64,000 nucleotides of DNA from Pachysolen tannophilus NRRL Y-2460 (taxonomy: Eukaryota), in NCBI GenBank assembly GCA_001661245.1, contig KV454011.1:1838041-1902040 (forward strand). The letters are read 5' to 3'. Shown piece by piece: positions 29,364 through 41,234 of this stretch. The number at the start of each line of letters is the position of its first letter. Position 1 is the first letter of the stretch. The position numbers and the translations under genes were made by a program. The notes under the pieces are model-generated. The model did no database searches and was not told the DNA's origin. It saw nothing but the letters and a program-made list of their open reading frames with translations.

Positions 29364-30446
29364 ATGGATAGGATGGATAATATAGATAATATAGATAATA
29401 TGGATAATATGGATAGTGCGAGGTTAACTGATGATGATAAATTAGAGAGTGTATTATTTGAGACTTCAGGGGTGTCGGTGTACAAGATTCCTCCTCCAAC
29501 TATAAAGAAGGAAGGTCTGGATGGAGATATTTATGAGGAACATAATGTTTATAGTTGGAAATTGGATAAGAAGAATTTGGTGTTTACTGGGAGGTTGAAG
29601 ATGACTGAAATTGAGATATTGAGTGATGATGAGGAAGAAGAAGAAGAAGAAGAAGATGATGATGAGGAGGAGGAGGAGGAGGAGGAAAAAGAGGAAAAAG
29701 ATGAAGGTGGTACTGAGAGTTGTGAACCATCTGAACAACATCAACAACAACAACAGAACCAAGTTCAGAAGGATAAGTTAAAGAGAGATCCACCGGATTT
29801 TCTTAAATTAAGATTGGATTTGATAAATTTCCACGATAATGGGAAATGGATTAGTTTCAATTACCGGGATCTAGCAAGAACAAAACCAATAAATAAATCA
29901 GTTAAACCATATTATAATATCCAGCCAGTTAAGGATAGTCTCAATTTGTATTTAATGATTGTTGATGACGAGAAAGGGAATAAAATTGGATTAGGTTTGA
30001 AATTCCCAAATAGATACGAATCTTCGAGTTTCCATACAATTTTAAATCTATATTTAAAACATTTATCACAATATGAAGTTTACTCTATGCTGAACTCGGA
30101 TAATGTCACTGGTACTAATGAAAGTGCTAGTACTGCCGATGGAAGTAACAGAAATCATGATGGTCTTTTAAATGCTGTTTCGGGACTAAATATCATGGGA
30201 GAAGGAAATGGTCACAAGAGCAGAATTTTCGTGAGAGAAATTTCCGATGATAGTGATGAGGATGATGATAGCGAAAATAATGGTAAGAACGCTAAAACCC
30301 AAGCTAATGGCCTTAATCACGCCAAAAGTACTAGTGGTGCCAGTGGGAAGCGTTACAACAATAATAGCATCATCGAAGAAGATGAAGATGAAGATGATGA
30401 CAGTGATGACGATAGTGATGACAATTTCGGAGATTTTATCGGTTAA
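29364..30446 (+). CDS. NECAP-like (PHear/DUF1681) adaptin-ear-binding protein
   Basis: ESVLF...VSVYKIPP, W..VFTGRL, V.DS..Y, GLGL.F.NR.ES..F...L; C-terminal acidic DNFGDF motif. Confidence 0.7.
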   Translation: MDRMDNIDNIDNMDNMDSARLTDDDKLESVLFETSGVSVYKIPPPTIKKEGLDGDIYEEHNVYSWKLDKKNLVFTGRLKMTEIEILSDDEEEEEEEEDDDEEEEEEEEKEEKDEGGTESCEPSEQHQQQQQNQVQKDKLKRDPPDFLKLRLDLINFHDNGKWISFNYRDLARTKPINKSVKPYYNIQPVKDSLNLYLMIVDDEKGNKIGLGLKFPNRYESSSFHTILNLYLKHLSQYEVYSMLNSDNVTGTNESASTADGSNRNHDGLLNAVSGLNIMGEGNGHKSRIFVREISDDSDEDDDSENNGKNAKTQANGLNHAKSTSGASGKRYNNNSIIEEDEDEDDDSDDDSDDNFGDFIG

Positions 30447-30679
30447 GGGGAACTTTCTATATTTTTGGCGTTGTATAAATTGTATATATATTTATATATA
30501 TATATTTATCTATTTATATATAAACTCTACGGGATTGATTTGGTACAAAAACATAAAACAAATTATTGGAATATTTTTTATATATATGTTTATTAATATG
30601 CATTTCTAAAAAGAACAACTTAAAAAAGAAAAAAAGAATATAATTATTTATGTAACAATCCAACCAACAGTAGGAATCC

Positions 30680-33277
30680 CTAATGATTTGTATTATTTTC
30701 CCTTGTTCCAACATTAACTTTTTTATCGTGACCACTATTATCATTGTCCCCACCATTTATGACTGCTTTTCCCACGTGAATTTTCTCATCGTGGGTATGA
30801 ATTGGATGATCTTTTAACAGTTGATGTTTTAAAATCAGTTCATTAACAATGACTTCTTCTTCTTCATCTATTATATCTTCAAATATTTCATTTTCGCTGG
30901 AATCATGAAGTTTGCTAGTATCTTTTTTTGGCTTTTCATTTGAAGGAGAAGTATTTTCAACATATTTCTCCTCTCCTTTCAAAAATTCTTCATTTGGATC
31001 TTCTTTCTTTGAATCTCTCTCCTTAGTCTTGTCATCAAATTTTTCCTCATTCATCAACCTGTACAACAGAGAATGCTTGTTGAAATATAATTCCTTAAAC
31101 TTACCGTACTCCACCAATTTACCATCATATCCCAATACCAATACATAATCCGCCCTTTCAATAGTAGATAATCTATGTGCAATTGAAATTGTAGTCATAC
31201 TATGATCTTTCATTAAACTAGCCAAAGTGTTATTTACCGCAGTTTCAGATTTAGAATCCAAGGCAGATGTTGCCTCATCCAATACCAAAATTGCTGGCTT
31301 CTTTAACAATGCACGTGCAATGGCAATTCTTTGCTTCTGACCACCAGATAATAACGATCCACGAGGACCAATATTTGTCATATATTTATCTGGGAATCTA
31401 TCAATAAATTCATGACAATTTGCTTTGGTAGCAATACTCATCATTTCCTCATCACTAACATGAATGTGTCTTGGAATACCATACTTGATATTATCTGCAA
31501 TAGTACCTGACATCAATACAGGTTCTTGCTGAACAATACTAATAATCTTGGAACGTAACGAATGGACACTGTAACGTGTTATATCTTCACCATCAATAAG
31601 GATCCTTCCACTTTGAGGATTGTAAAATCTCAATAATAAAGATGCGATTGTTGATTTACCTCTTCCAGAAGGTCCAACAATACATACGTTTGAACCACTT
31701 TTGATTTTAAATGAGATTTCATCAAATATCTTATTATTTGGTCTTGTTGGGTATGCAAATGTAACTTTATCAAATATAATTTCACCTTTTGAATAATCAA
31801 TTTTATCACCAAGACTAAGTTTAATTGAAGGTTCTCTGTCCAATAATTCAAAAAGTCTTGAAGATGCACCAGCACCTTTCATTAATTCTGAATAAAAATT
31901 GGCCAATCCAAATACAGCACTTCCTGCATACTCTGTATATAACATATATGCTGTCAAATCACCAACGGTCATTACACCGTTCATGACCAAATGTGTTCCA
32001 AAACCTAAAGTAAGCAAAAAAGTGACATTACCAATTATACCTGTGGATGCAAAAAATGTAGCATTTGTTAATGCTTCAGTATAACCAATCTTGTATACAT
32101 TTTTAATTTGTCCACAATATCTATGTAATTCTTTAGGTTGAGAAGTAAAAGATTGAATAGTTTTGATAGAATTCAATTGTTCTTCGGCAATTTTAGTTAA
32201 AGAACCTGTTGCCTGTTGTAAATTTCTAGAAATTTGTCTAACTTTTCTACCATAAATATAAGATCCCCATATTAAAGGAGGAGCAAATGCCAAGATGATT
32301 AATGAAAGCTTAACAGAAAGTAACAACATCATACTGATACCACTAACACCCACTATAGTATGTTTGATACCATCGGAAAGATTTTGAGTTATAGACCGAG
32401 ACACCACATATGCATCACCAGATAATCTAGAGATTAAATCACCAACTTTATTTACATCATAAAATTCCATATCCTGTGATAAAGTCTTTTTCATAATTTT
32501 TGCTCTCAATCTTGCAACTAATTTTTCTCCCAATACCCTTAATATTATGATTCTTCCAAAAGTGGCAGCTGTGGAAATTAATAAGAGTCCAGCCATTATA
32601 AATAAAAATGGAGTTAGACCAAATCCAAACAATTGTATACTCTCTAAATCTTTAAAATTTTTAGTAGCATCAAAGATCTCACCAGTAACTTTTGGTAATG
32701 CCATCACAATGGCTGCACTTAAAAATAAAAGAACAATAGCTGCAGAAAATAACTTTACATCTCTCTTAGCTAATTTAAGCAATCTTAATACTTCAGATAA
32801 TCCTGATTTCTGGGCTTCTTCCAGGTTTCTTAAAATTTCCAACTCCTCTTGTTTTTTTTCATACTTCAAATCTTTTTCTTTCTGACTGCTATTATCATTT
32901 TCACTTGTCTTTGTTGTATCTTGATCTTTATCCTTATGTACATCATTTAAAAAATCTTTATGATCTCTATCTCTAACAACAGCCTTATTAGATATTGATT
33001 TGGAGAAAAACCGATAATGTATTAAATTGCAACTACCATTATTCACATGTATTAGCGTCTTGTTTAACAACCCTGACAAAAACCTAGTACCTCCATTTCC
33101 CTTTGATATCAATACATTGCCCACAAGACCACGACTCGAGGTCGGCACTATGAAATTTCTATATTGTATATAATCACTGGGTATTTTTTTCTGAAATGAT
33201 TTTGAAATTGTTGACGGAGCCAAACTTAAGCCATGCCTATGGACCCATAGCTGGGGTTTGAAAAAACAAGACATCAT
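30680..33277 (-). CDS. MDL2: Mitochondrial ABC half-transporter Mdl2
   Basis: ABCB transmembrane domain, Walker A GPSGRGKST, LSGGQKQRIAIARAL, LDEATSALD; adjacent to ATP15 as in S. cerevisiae. Confidence 0.9.
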   Translation of the reverse strand: MMSCFFKPQLWVHRHGLSLAPSTISKSFQKKIPSDYIQYRNFIVPTSSRGLVGNVLISKGNGGTRFLSGLLNKTLIHVNNGSCNLIHYRFFSKSISNKAVVRDRDHKDFLNDVHKDKDQDTTKTSENDNSSQKEKDLKYEKKQEELEILRNLEEAQKSGLSEVLRLLKLAKRDVKLFSAAIVLLFLSAAIVMALPKVTGEIFDATKNFKDLESIQLFGFGLTPFLFIMAGLLLISTAATFGRIIILRVLGEKLVARLRAKIMKKTLSQDMEFYDVNKVGDLISRLSGDAYVVSRSITQNLSDGIKHTIVGVSGISMMLLLSVKLSLIILAFAPPLIWGSYIYGRKVRQISRNLQQATGSLTKIAEEQLNSIKTIQSFTSQPKELHRYCGQIKNVYKIGYTEALTNATFFASTGIIGNVTFLLTLGFGTHLVMNGVMTVGDLTAYMLYTEYAGSAVFGLANFYSELMKGAGASSRLFELLDREPSIKLSLGDKIDYSKGEIIFDKVTFAYPTRPNNKIFDEISFKIKSGSNVCIVGPSGRGKSTIASLLLRFYNPQSGRILIDGEDITRYSVHSLRSKIISIVQQEPVLMSGTIADNIKYGIPRHIHVSDEEMMSIATKANCHEFIDRFPDKYMTNIGPRGSLLSGGQKQRIAIARALLKKPAILVLDEATSALDSKSETAVNNTLASLMKDHSMTTISIAHRLSTIERADYVLVLGYDGKLVEYGKFKELYFNKHSLLYRLMNEEKFDDKTKERDSKKEDPNEEFLKGEEKYVENTSPSNEKPKKDTSKLHDSSENEIFEDIIDEEEEVIVNELILKHQLLKDHPIHTHDEKIHVGKAVINGGDNDNSGHDKKVNVGTRENNTNH

Positions 33278-34215
33278 GAATAAACTTAATAAATAAAAAT
33301 ATTATATAGATGTGAATGTAAATGTGAATATGTGAGCGTTTAAAATGCCTTGAAATCTATTATTTACTTCCTTTACACCATTTATTTTTTTTTTAAAGAG
33401 AACCCCCAAAAAAAAAACTCTCTTTTTTAAATTTGAAACATAAATATGTTACTTTGAATATAAGTTGAAAGCCAAAAAAAAAAAAAAAAGCTACCTTTCA
33501 CCAAAATAAATAGAATTCTATATATATATAAATATATATATACATATATATATAGAATACAACTAATAACTAAAGGTCTGACGGATATATACATTGTGTT
33601 TTTTTTCTTTGGTCTTTTTTCGTGGGGATCGTTTTGATGATGGATGCCTCGAATTTTTCCAAAAATGTTTCCCAATTACACGACCCAAAAAGTTGCCGTC
33701 AAGCCACTCTGCTATGTAGAATATGCTAAGAATTTTAGCCACATGAATAAAACAAACAGGTGCCGTATCGGGCAATGCGTTTGTACGTTTGTCTTTTAAA
33801 AGAAGAGGAAAGAAAAAACAAGCTGTGGCTGGTAAAATGCACTACAATGATTGGCCAATTGGCCATAATAGAGATCCAAACAGTACTACTTACTACTTAT
33901 TTATTGTACAAGACTAATGTAAAACATTTAATAACGATGTAGTATATTCATTAAACAGATTCTTTGTAGAAAAAAAAACCACAGGAACCCTAAATATTTT
34001 TTTTTGATGAAACATACTGAGTAAAAAAAGAAAAAAAAAAAAAACTGTCACTCTAAAAAAGAATTAAGAATAAACTATAAAATTTTCATGCGTCAATCAT
34101 TCATTACCAATTGTAAACCAAAAAGAAAAAAAAAAAATAGAAAACAAAGTATCAATTATCTGGAACACTTGTCTTTGTGAGGCAGTCACTTTCAAAATCT
34201 AATCTAGTTATTAAC

Positions 34216-34530
34216 TTATTTGGTCAAACCCAATGGTTTGGTTTGAGTAATATTACCATCTTTGATAGTTTGAACCTGAGCTTCAGTAACATCTCTCTTT
34301 TCAGCCTTGACTCTCAAGTCTTGCTTTAATGATCTTCTGACAGTTCTAGCTGAGAGTGCTAAATACTTGTTGAATCTAAATATAATGAAAAAAGTTTCCT
34401 CTTAGTTAGTACAGAGTAACAAACAATAACTGGAAAACTTTAAAAAAAAATAAAAATAAAAAATTTTTGTTTTTCTTCTTTTTTTTCTTTTCTTTACTTA
34501 CGAAATTCCGGCTTTTTCCCAGGCTGACAT
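34216..34530 (-). CDS. ATP15: F1-ATP synthase epsilon subunit, 2 exons (absent from the ORF track)
   Basis: Exon 1 34530-34502, GTAAGT, branch TACTAAC 34411-34405, 3'ss TAG ending 34376, exon 2 34375-34216. Product is 62 aa: MSAWEKAGISFNKYLALSARTVRRSLKQDLRVKAEKR... Confidence 0.93.
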
Positions 34531-34895
34531 ATTGATGAATTGATATCAGTTACTTAAAATATTATATAAATTAATTGAATACTTTTAAATAAAGAAATAA
34601 AAGAAATCTATCTTTATGAAATATACGAGTTTTGAATTGTCGTTGATTGAAAAAAAGAAGGTTTTATTGACACGTGCACTTTTTTCTCACAAAAAAAAAA
34701 ATTTTTTTTTTTTTTTGTTTTTGTTTTTCAAATTTTTGGCAGTCGTTTTTTTTCTTTTTTTTTAAATTTTCTAAAGGGGAAACCCAACCAGGTAAAAGAA
34801 GAACAAGATGCTCATCAATCGAGTTTTTTTTTTTAATTCAAACGGCGGATCAGTTAGTCTTGCGAAAGAGTACTTAGAACTGAGCTTGTTGGAAA

Positions 34896-37800
34896 ATGCT
34901 AGTCTCGAGAGACCATTTCTATAGGTTAGCGAGTGATTTGGAGGATGAGAGGATTCATGCAGCCAAATCTTTATTGGATGAGTTAACTGAAGTTAATGAT
35001 CAACAAGAATGGAATTATGCTTTAGATAGGTTAATTAAAGGTTTAAGTTCTTCAAGAGCTTCAGCTAGAGTGGGTTATTCCATGTGTCTTACTGAGCTTT
35101 TATCGATTTTGATTGCTGATAAGGGAGTATATTCTACAAGACAGTATTTACAGGATTTAGATGAAAAAATTAGAGTAAACATTACAAAGAATAATGGTAA
35201 GAATGAAAGAGCGTTATTATTTGGTAAATTGTTTGGATATCAATCAATTTTAAACTCAACTGTGTTTGTTGAAGAGAAAATTTTCCAGAGTTTGGATTAT
35301 ATGGAGATCTTGAACGGTTTATTGGAATTATCATTATCAAAATCTTGGATTAGAGAAACTTGTTTTTTCACAATTTATCAATCATTATTAAATTTTAGAA
35401 TCTTACCTAATTTGCTCAAAAATAAAGAAAATATTACTATTTTCCTGTTTTTGATTGATAAGATTCATGAATTAAATCTTACTCTCACTACAGAAGGATT
35501 ATTAATCTATTTAGCAATTCCTCAAATTTATAGATCAAGTTTCATTGAAGAAAATTGTAAAAATATCAATTCCAGTGGTGAAGGTTGGAAAAATGGTGAT
35601 CCATTATCTAAAGGAAACCTTGTACTTTTAAGTAATGTCTTGAAAGATACACAACCCAGCATCAATACAGATGGTTCTGATCCTGAAGATAACAAGAAAA
35701 ATAATAAACAACAGAAAGGGAATTGGCAAGCGCGTTTACATTATGTTTGGAAGCTTTTAATTAATGAACTTGTCAATAATGAAATTGAAAAACATGAAAA
35801 TTTAGATATTTCTACACCAACAAAGGAAAATTCGAAAAAAAGAAGTAAACATGATCATCATTATAATAAAAAATCTAAGAAATCCAAATCTAGTAATTCA
35901 AATTTGATAAAACTTGAGGATTTTTGGAAATCAATTGTAGATGATCAGTTTTTTGCAACTTCGTCTTCTCCAGAACGTAAATACTTGGGTTTTGAAATAT
36001 TTAATTTAGCTTTAATTTCTTTAAACTCGTTATCATCAATAGATGAGCATCTATCAACAATATTATCACCAAATTTAATTAGATGTTTAATAAATCAAGC
36101 TGCAAAACCTGATAGGTTACTTAATTCAATTGCTAAAAAGACTTTAAACAATATAATTGAACAATGTCAAAAGAATAATTTAAAGATAATACCAGTTTTA
36201 AGCAAGCTCCTTGTACCACCAACAGGAACAATTTCCTTTGATAGATTAACAAAGACCAAAACTTGCGAGACAATAATCAGTAATTGTAAAATTGAAGATG
36301 CTGCTAGCTTAATTGATTTTTTCATCAATTGGTTCAATATCGTTTCCAAGACTGCAAACAATGATTCAGAGAATAAAAATGATTCTTCAAGTATACAGCA
36401 TTTCATTGTTGATCAGTTATTACACATTGTTAGAAATCAGAAACTGTCATTGGTTCCAGAAAATATCGAATCTGTAGTTGGAAATATTTTGGATTTATTA
36501 ATTGTTCATGGTTATTTCGATACTCTGTCTCTGGATTTGAAGGAGGAACTGAATAATAACAACAACATTTCAAAAACATGTCAAGATAGATTGAACTCAA
36601 TCTTATCAGAAATAATTTCAATTAAAACTAAAGACAACGTTAGCTGGCCATACAAGATATTACAAAGAATCCTTAAACATGAAAATGATAGCTCTAAATG
36701 GCAATTAAAGACAAAATTTGATGAAGAACTTGATTTATTGAAACAAGAATCACTTTTAAAATTAAAAGAGATCATCAATTTGAAGTCGGAAAAATCAACA
36801 TTGCAATTGGAATGTTTTGAATTATTATTTTCAATGAGCATATTACAAGTTTATGCAGGAGATGAAGAGTCTATCGGAGTTATTCAAGAATTAACTGTTG
36901 CGTTTGATAAGATTTTCAATTTTGAAGATGAATCCGGAAATACTCAAAGTGAATCGATTGAAATGTTGTTAGAAATAGTTTTGTCTTTTATTTCGCAAAA
37001 ATCAGCATTATTGAAAAGATTGTCGCTTCTTGTATGGGAGAATTTATCTAAAGACTTGACACTGCTGAATTTTGATATGTTGTACGATATCTTATTGACT
37101 AAGGAAAATAAAGAGGGACAAGATAAGTTATTCAAAGGTATAGAAGAAAATACTAATGCCGAAGAAGAAGATGAAGAGCACAAACATGATCATAATGAAG
37201 AAGGAGAGAGTGGATCTGATTCATCATCTGAAGAGGAAGAACAAGAACATCAAGAAGAAGAACAAGAAGAAGAAGAAGATGATGATGATGATGATGAAAA
37301 CGATGACGGTTTTGACAATAATTCTGAGAAAAGTGAATATTCTAATAATCCTATCATCGATGAAGTTGATAAAAGAACTAACATAGCATTAGCGAAAGCA
37401 TTAGGTATTCCAACTTCTGAATCTGGAGCTGTGAAATTTAGTGATGATGACAATGCAACTAAAGATAATAGAGATCGTGATGATGGTAATGAAGATGAAG
37501 ATGACGATGATAATGAAGATGAGGACTCTGATGATGAATCGATGTCTGATGAACAAATGATGGCACTAGACTTCCAACTTTCTCGTATTTTCAAAGAGAG
37601 ACAGGAATCCCTAACTTCAATTCAAAACTCTTCAAAATCAGGAAATAAGAGAAAACAAGAAGCCGAAGATGCAAGAGAGAATATGGGATTTCTCAAAAAT
37701 CGGATATTGGATTTATTAGAAAAATTCAGTGATTTGAATCCACATAGTTATTTGAACTTATCCATGATTTTACCATTGTTGAAATTGATTGAATTGACTT

Positions 37801-38180
37801 TGAACAAAAAATTAGGAGAGAAGGCCCATAGGATATTGAAAACTAAAATTTGCAAGTTAAAGATTATTACTGATAAGAATAACGATTCTCCATTTAACAA
37901 TGAGTCCCTATTGACTTTACTTGAAGAAATCCAAGCTCTTGCTTCTAACTCAAAGATAACTTCGCATTCATTAGCATGTAATCAATCCTGTGTATTTATA
38001 GTTAAGACAATACTCAACAATACTGGTGACAAAAATGAGCATGATCGGATGATTGATAAAATTATTGGTGTTTACGTAACAAGTCTCAAAAGATGGGTTC
38101 AAAATAAAAATGATAAAATTCAACCTTCGATGTATTTTGATTTTATCAATTGGTTGAATACTAATAGAAATAAAAACTAA
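34896..38180 (+). CDS. POL5: Pol5/MYBBP1A ribosome biogenesis factor
   Basis: VSRDHFY.LASDL..ER, YAL.RLIKGL.S.R.SAR.G, S.ERKYLGF, M.D.QMMALD.QLS.IF; PAC-like CTCATC at 34811-34816. Confidence 0.93.
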   Translation: MLVSRDHFYRLASDLEDERIHAAKSLLDELTEVNDQQEWNYALDRLIKGLSSSRASARVGYSMCLTELLSILIADKGVYSTRQYLQDLDEKIRVNITKNNGKNERALLFGKLFGYQSILNSTVFVEEKIFQSLDYMEILNGLLELSLSKSWIRETCFFTIYQSLLNFRILPNLLKNKENITIFLFLIDKIHELNLTLTTEGLLIYLAIPQIYRSSFIEENCKNINSSGEGWKNGDPLSKGNLVLLSNVLKDTQPSINTDGSDPEDNKKNNKQQKGNWQARLHYVWKLLINELVNNEIEKHENLDISTPTKENSKKRSKHDHHYNKKSKKSKSSNSNLIKLEDFWKSIVDDQFFATSSSPERKYLGFEIFNLALISLNSLSSIDEHLSTILSPNLIRCLINQAAKPDRLLNSIAKKTLNNIIEQCQKNNLKIIPVLSKLLVPPTGTISFDRLTKTKTCETIISNCKIEDAASLIDFFINWFNIVSKTANNDSENKNDSSSIQHFIVDQLLHIVRNQKLSLVPENIESVVGNILDLLIVHGYFDTLSLDLKEELNNNNNISKTCQDRLNSILSEIISIKTKDNVSWPYKILQRILKHENDSSKWQLKTKFDEELDLLKQESLLKLKEIINLKSEKSTLQLECFELLFSMSILQVYAGDEESIGVIQELTVAFDKIFNFEDESGNTQSESIEMLLEIVLSFISQKSALLKRLSLLVWENLSKDLTLLNFDMLYDILLTKENKEGQDKLFKGIEENTNAEEEDEEHKHDHNEEGESGSDSSSEEEEQEHQEEEQEEEEDDDDDDENDDGFDNNSEKSEYSNNPIIDEVDKRTNIALAKALGIPTSESGAVKFSDDDNATKDNRDRDDGNEDEDDDDNEDEDSDDESMSDEQMMALDFQLSRIFKERQESLTSIQNSSKSGNKRKQEAEDARENMGFLKNRILDLLEKFSDLNPHSYLNLSMILPLLKLIELTLNKKLGEKAHRILKTKICKLKIITDKNNDSPFNNESLLTLLEEIQALASNSKITSHSLACNQSCVFIVKTILNNTGDKNEHDRMIDKIIGVYVTSLKRWVQNKNDKIQPSMYFDFINWLNTNRNKN

Positions 38181-38369
38181 AAAGAAAAAAGAAAATTAGG
38201 GAAATAGTCGGTTTCTTTACATATAAAGACAAGAGATTATTATAATAAATAGACTACGTGAATAGAAGAAATATTGACTTTAAATTTTGTTTATAGTATG
38301 ATAAATTTATTTTAAACAATTGATTAAAATATAATTCCACCTTTACCTCGTTTTGTTTTTTTTTTTTTT

Positions 38370-39110
38370 TCAACCAAACATCTTATTGAATGGATTAAAT
38401 CTACCAAGGGCATTTCCAAATACACCACTAGTAATATCATTTGCCTTACTAAACTTATCACATTTAGTAAAAGCCAAAGCGTTAAGGCTAGTTAAAGTTA
38501 CGGCAACCATAACCAATATCAAGGATAAAAATTCAAATTTTAATATTGCTAAAACACCCAACACTATCCAAAAAATTGGAGCACCATACAAGAAAATCCA
38601 AAATACTTTTGTATCTATTGGATTGATATACCTATTTGGATCAACGGTTTCGAAAACCCATATACTTTCGCCAATTTCATTTGTTTCATTCCACCATCGT
38701 AAACCTACCAAGAGTCTTCCGCTTATATTCTTCACATTCCAAAAATCAGCTGCCAATAAAAGTAATACAAGAATAAATTCCAAGATGAAATTATTGGTGA
38801 AAAGAAGACCAAGAAGGTACGTGAGTAACGATCCAATACGAAACAAAAGGTAAAAAATCAATGCCACTGGGTGCGATGATTCGGATAACCTTTGGTATAA
38901 GGTCATTCCTCCCGCATTATTATTATTTTGTGGTTCTAATGGAATATTTGTTCCTTGCAGCGACTATATTAAATGATTAAATAGAATAATTAAAATTAGT
39001 ACAATTTCTTATTAATAAACACTTTTTTTTTGATTTTTTTTTTTCAAGCAATTGCAATTGAATAACAATTTAAAAAATAATAAAGTCCAAATCTACTCCA
39101 TACTTACCAT
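38370..39110 (-). CDS. TVP23: Golgi membrane protein Tvp23, 2 exons
   Basis: Exon 1 is ATG only (39110-39108), GTAAGT, branch TACTAAT near 39001-38995, 3'ss TAG ending 38964, exon 2 38963-38370 in frame. Motif DFWNVKNISGRLLVGLRWWN. Confidence 0.92.
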
Positions 39111-39500
39111 CTCTTCAATAAATTACAAAATCGATTCAAGATTATAGAATAAAAAGACCAACTGGAATAAGCTGTTTCCAAATTTTTGAAAAGTATCATT
39201 TTATAGCAAAAAGGGGATTACTGAATTTTGGCACTACTATACTTACTTCTCTTTTACTATATATACAAAAATATTGTATTTGCAGCCATATTTAATTATA
39301 AATATACAAGATTCTCCAAACCTTCCTTCCTTCCTTTGTCAAGTTGTAATTCTTTCCGATAGCAGCTTTCAATCCCCCAATAAAACAATTTTCAACCATT
39401 AATGTTAAATAAAATATGTATCTTGTGCAAGATGTTGAATATATATATATACATATATATACATCTTTGAAGTTAAAACTCTTCTTTCCATTTCACCATT

Positions 39501-39877
39501 TCAAGTTGATTTTGTTTCTTCTACATCTTCAACATCTATACCCAACTCTTTTGCTCTTGCCTCTAATCTTTTTCTTTTCTCTAATTTTGCAGCTCTCATT
39601 CTTGCCAATTCTGCTTGAATTTCGTAAGGCTCTTTCGGTATCTTATTTAACGTGTTTGGATCAGGCCAAAAACCTGGAACATTAAATTTCTTATCTGTAT
39701 CAATACCAACATAGTACATGATCGAGATTGGTGTTAACAAATAAAATGTAAACTAGAAAATAGTTAGTAAGGTATTAAATACCAAAAAAAAACATCAAAT
39801 CCCACTTTTTAGTTACTTACTTTTGCAAGTTCAAACTGAGATCTTGTTAAGTTAAACTTTGGAAACTTGAACCCCAT
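39501..39877 (-). CDS. PET100: Cytochrome c oxidase assembly factor Pet100, 2 exons
   Basis: Exon 1 39877-39821, 68-nt intron GTAAGT..TACTAAC..CTAG, exon 2 39752-39501. Product ...TRSQFELAK|FTFYLLTPISIMYYVGIDTDKKFNVPGFWPDP. Confidence 0.9.
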
Positions 39878-39965
39878 TTTCACTCTCCTATTAATAATAT
39901 ATCAAATATCCGTAATCCCTAAGAATTAATATCTATCTATCTATATATATATATATTATAGATAT

Positions 39966-39998
<33 letters not shown>

Positions 39999-40187
39999 CA
40001 ACAATTTGTTTGGTTAAAATTCCTTTGTAAAATTAACGTGAAAAAGAAAAAAGAAAATTTTTCAATAAAAAAAAAGAAAAAAAAGAAAAATCAAGAAAAA
40101 GAAACCGATAAAGCTCATCTATCTCTCTTAAGTTGTAAGCCAGTTTCATATATTTATCTAGTTAGTGGGAAAGGTAGAGTTAATTAG

Positions 40188-41234
40188 ATGGCGAGTGAAG
40201 AACCAGATTTGAAGAAACAAAAATTAGATAATAGTGTTAACGTTAGTAACGGTTCGATGCTTAAAATTTGTACCCATAGTGGTACTTTCCATGCTGATGA
40301 AGCATTAGGAGTTTTTTTATTGAAGACATTACCTAAATTTAAGAATTCTATATTGGTAAGATCAAGAGATCCAAAAGTATGGGAAGAGAGTGATATTGTT
40401 ATTGATGTTGGTGGTAAATATGATGGTATTAAATTTTTTGATCATCATCAAAGAGATTTTGAAGGTACTTTTTCTTCAAAATATTTAACAAAACTTTCAT
40501 CTGCAGGATTAGTTTATAAACATTTTGGTAAAGAAATTATTAAACAAGTTTTAGAATATAATGATTCTGAAAATTCAAAAGAAATTGAATTATTATATGA
40601 AAAATTATATAAAGATTTCATTGAAGCTGTTGATGCAAATGATAATGGTATAAGTAATTACCCTAAGGATATTAAACCAAATTTTAATGATAAAAATTTC
40701 ACACTTGCTGCAGTGGTTGCAAATTTAAATCCAAGTTGGATTGAAGACCCAACTGATGAAGATTTCGATAAGGCTTTTATAAAAGCTTCAGAACTTATGG
40801 GTTCTGTATTTATAAACTTATTAAATGGTTATGGTAAAGGTTGGATTCCTGCTAGAAAATTTGTTGAAGATGCATTTAAACGTAGATTTGAAACTGATAA
40901 AAGTGGTAAAATCTTGATCTTTGATAGATTTGTACCATGGAAAGAACACTTATTTCAAATCGAATATGAAAATAACTCTAAGGGAGAAATCTTGTACGTT
41001 TTATTCCCTGATACAAATCAAAATTGGAGAATAGCAGCTGTTCCAATTAATACAGCTTCATTTGATAATAGGAAAAAATTACCAGAACCTTGGAGAGGTT
41101 TAAGAGATGAAGAATTATCAGCAAAAACCAAAGTCGAAGGTTGCGTATTCATTCACGCAGCAGGATTCATAGGTGGTGCCAAAACAGAGGCAAGCGCATT
41201 ACAATTGGCAAAATTGGCCGTACTGTGGAAATAA
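40188..41234 (+). CDS. MYG1: Myg1 exonuclease (UPF0160)
   Basis: THSGTFHADE, DVGG.YD, FDHHQ, LSSAGL, AVDANDNG, FIHAAGFIGG; PAC GCTCATC at 40113-40119. Confidence 0.94.
   Translation: MASEEPDLKKQKLDNSVNVSNGSMLKICTHSGTFHADEALGVFLLKTLPKFKNSILVRSRDPKVWEESDIVIDVGGKYDGIKFFDHHQRDFEGTFSSKYLTKLSSAGLVYKHFGKEIIKQVLEYNDSENSKEIELLYEKLYKDFIEAVDANDNGISNYPKDIKPNFNDKNFTLAAVVANLNPSWIEDPTDEDFDKAFIKASELMGSVFINLLNGYGKGWIPARKFVEDAFKRRFETDKSGKILIFDRFVPWKEHLFQIEYENNSKGEILYVLFPDTNQNWRIAAVPINTASFDNRKKLPEPWRGLRDEELSAKTKVEGCVFIHAAGFIGGAKTEASALQLAKLAVLWK

Noticed and set aside
33427..34100. Short ORFs and possible ncRNA between MDL2 and ATP15
   Set aside because: ORFs are poly-A/T artefacts. I found no paired C/D boxes with an rRNA guide and no H/ACA architecture; probably the MDL2 promoter.
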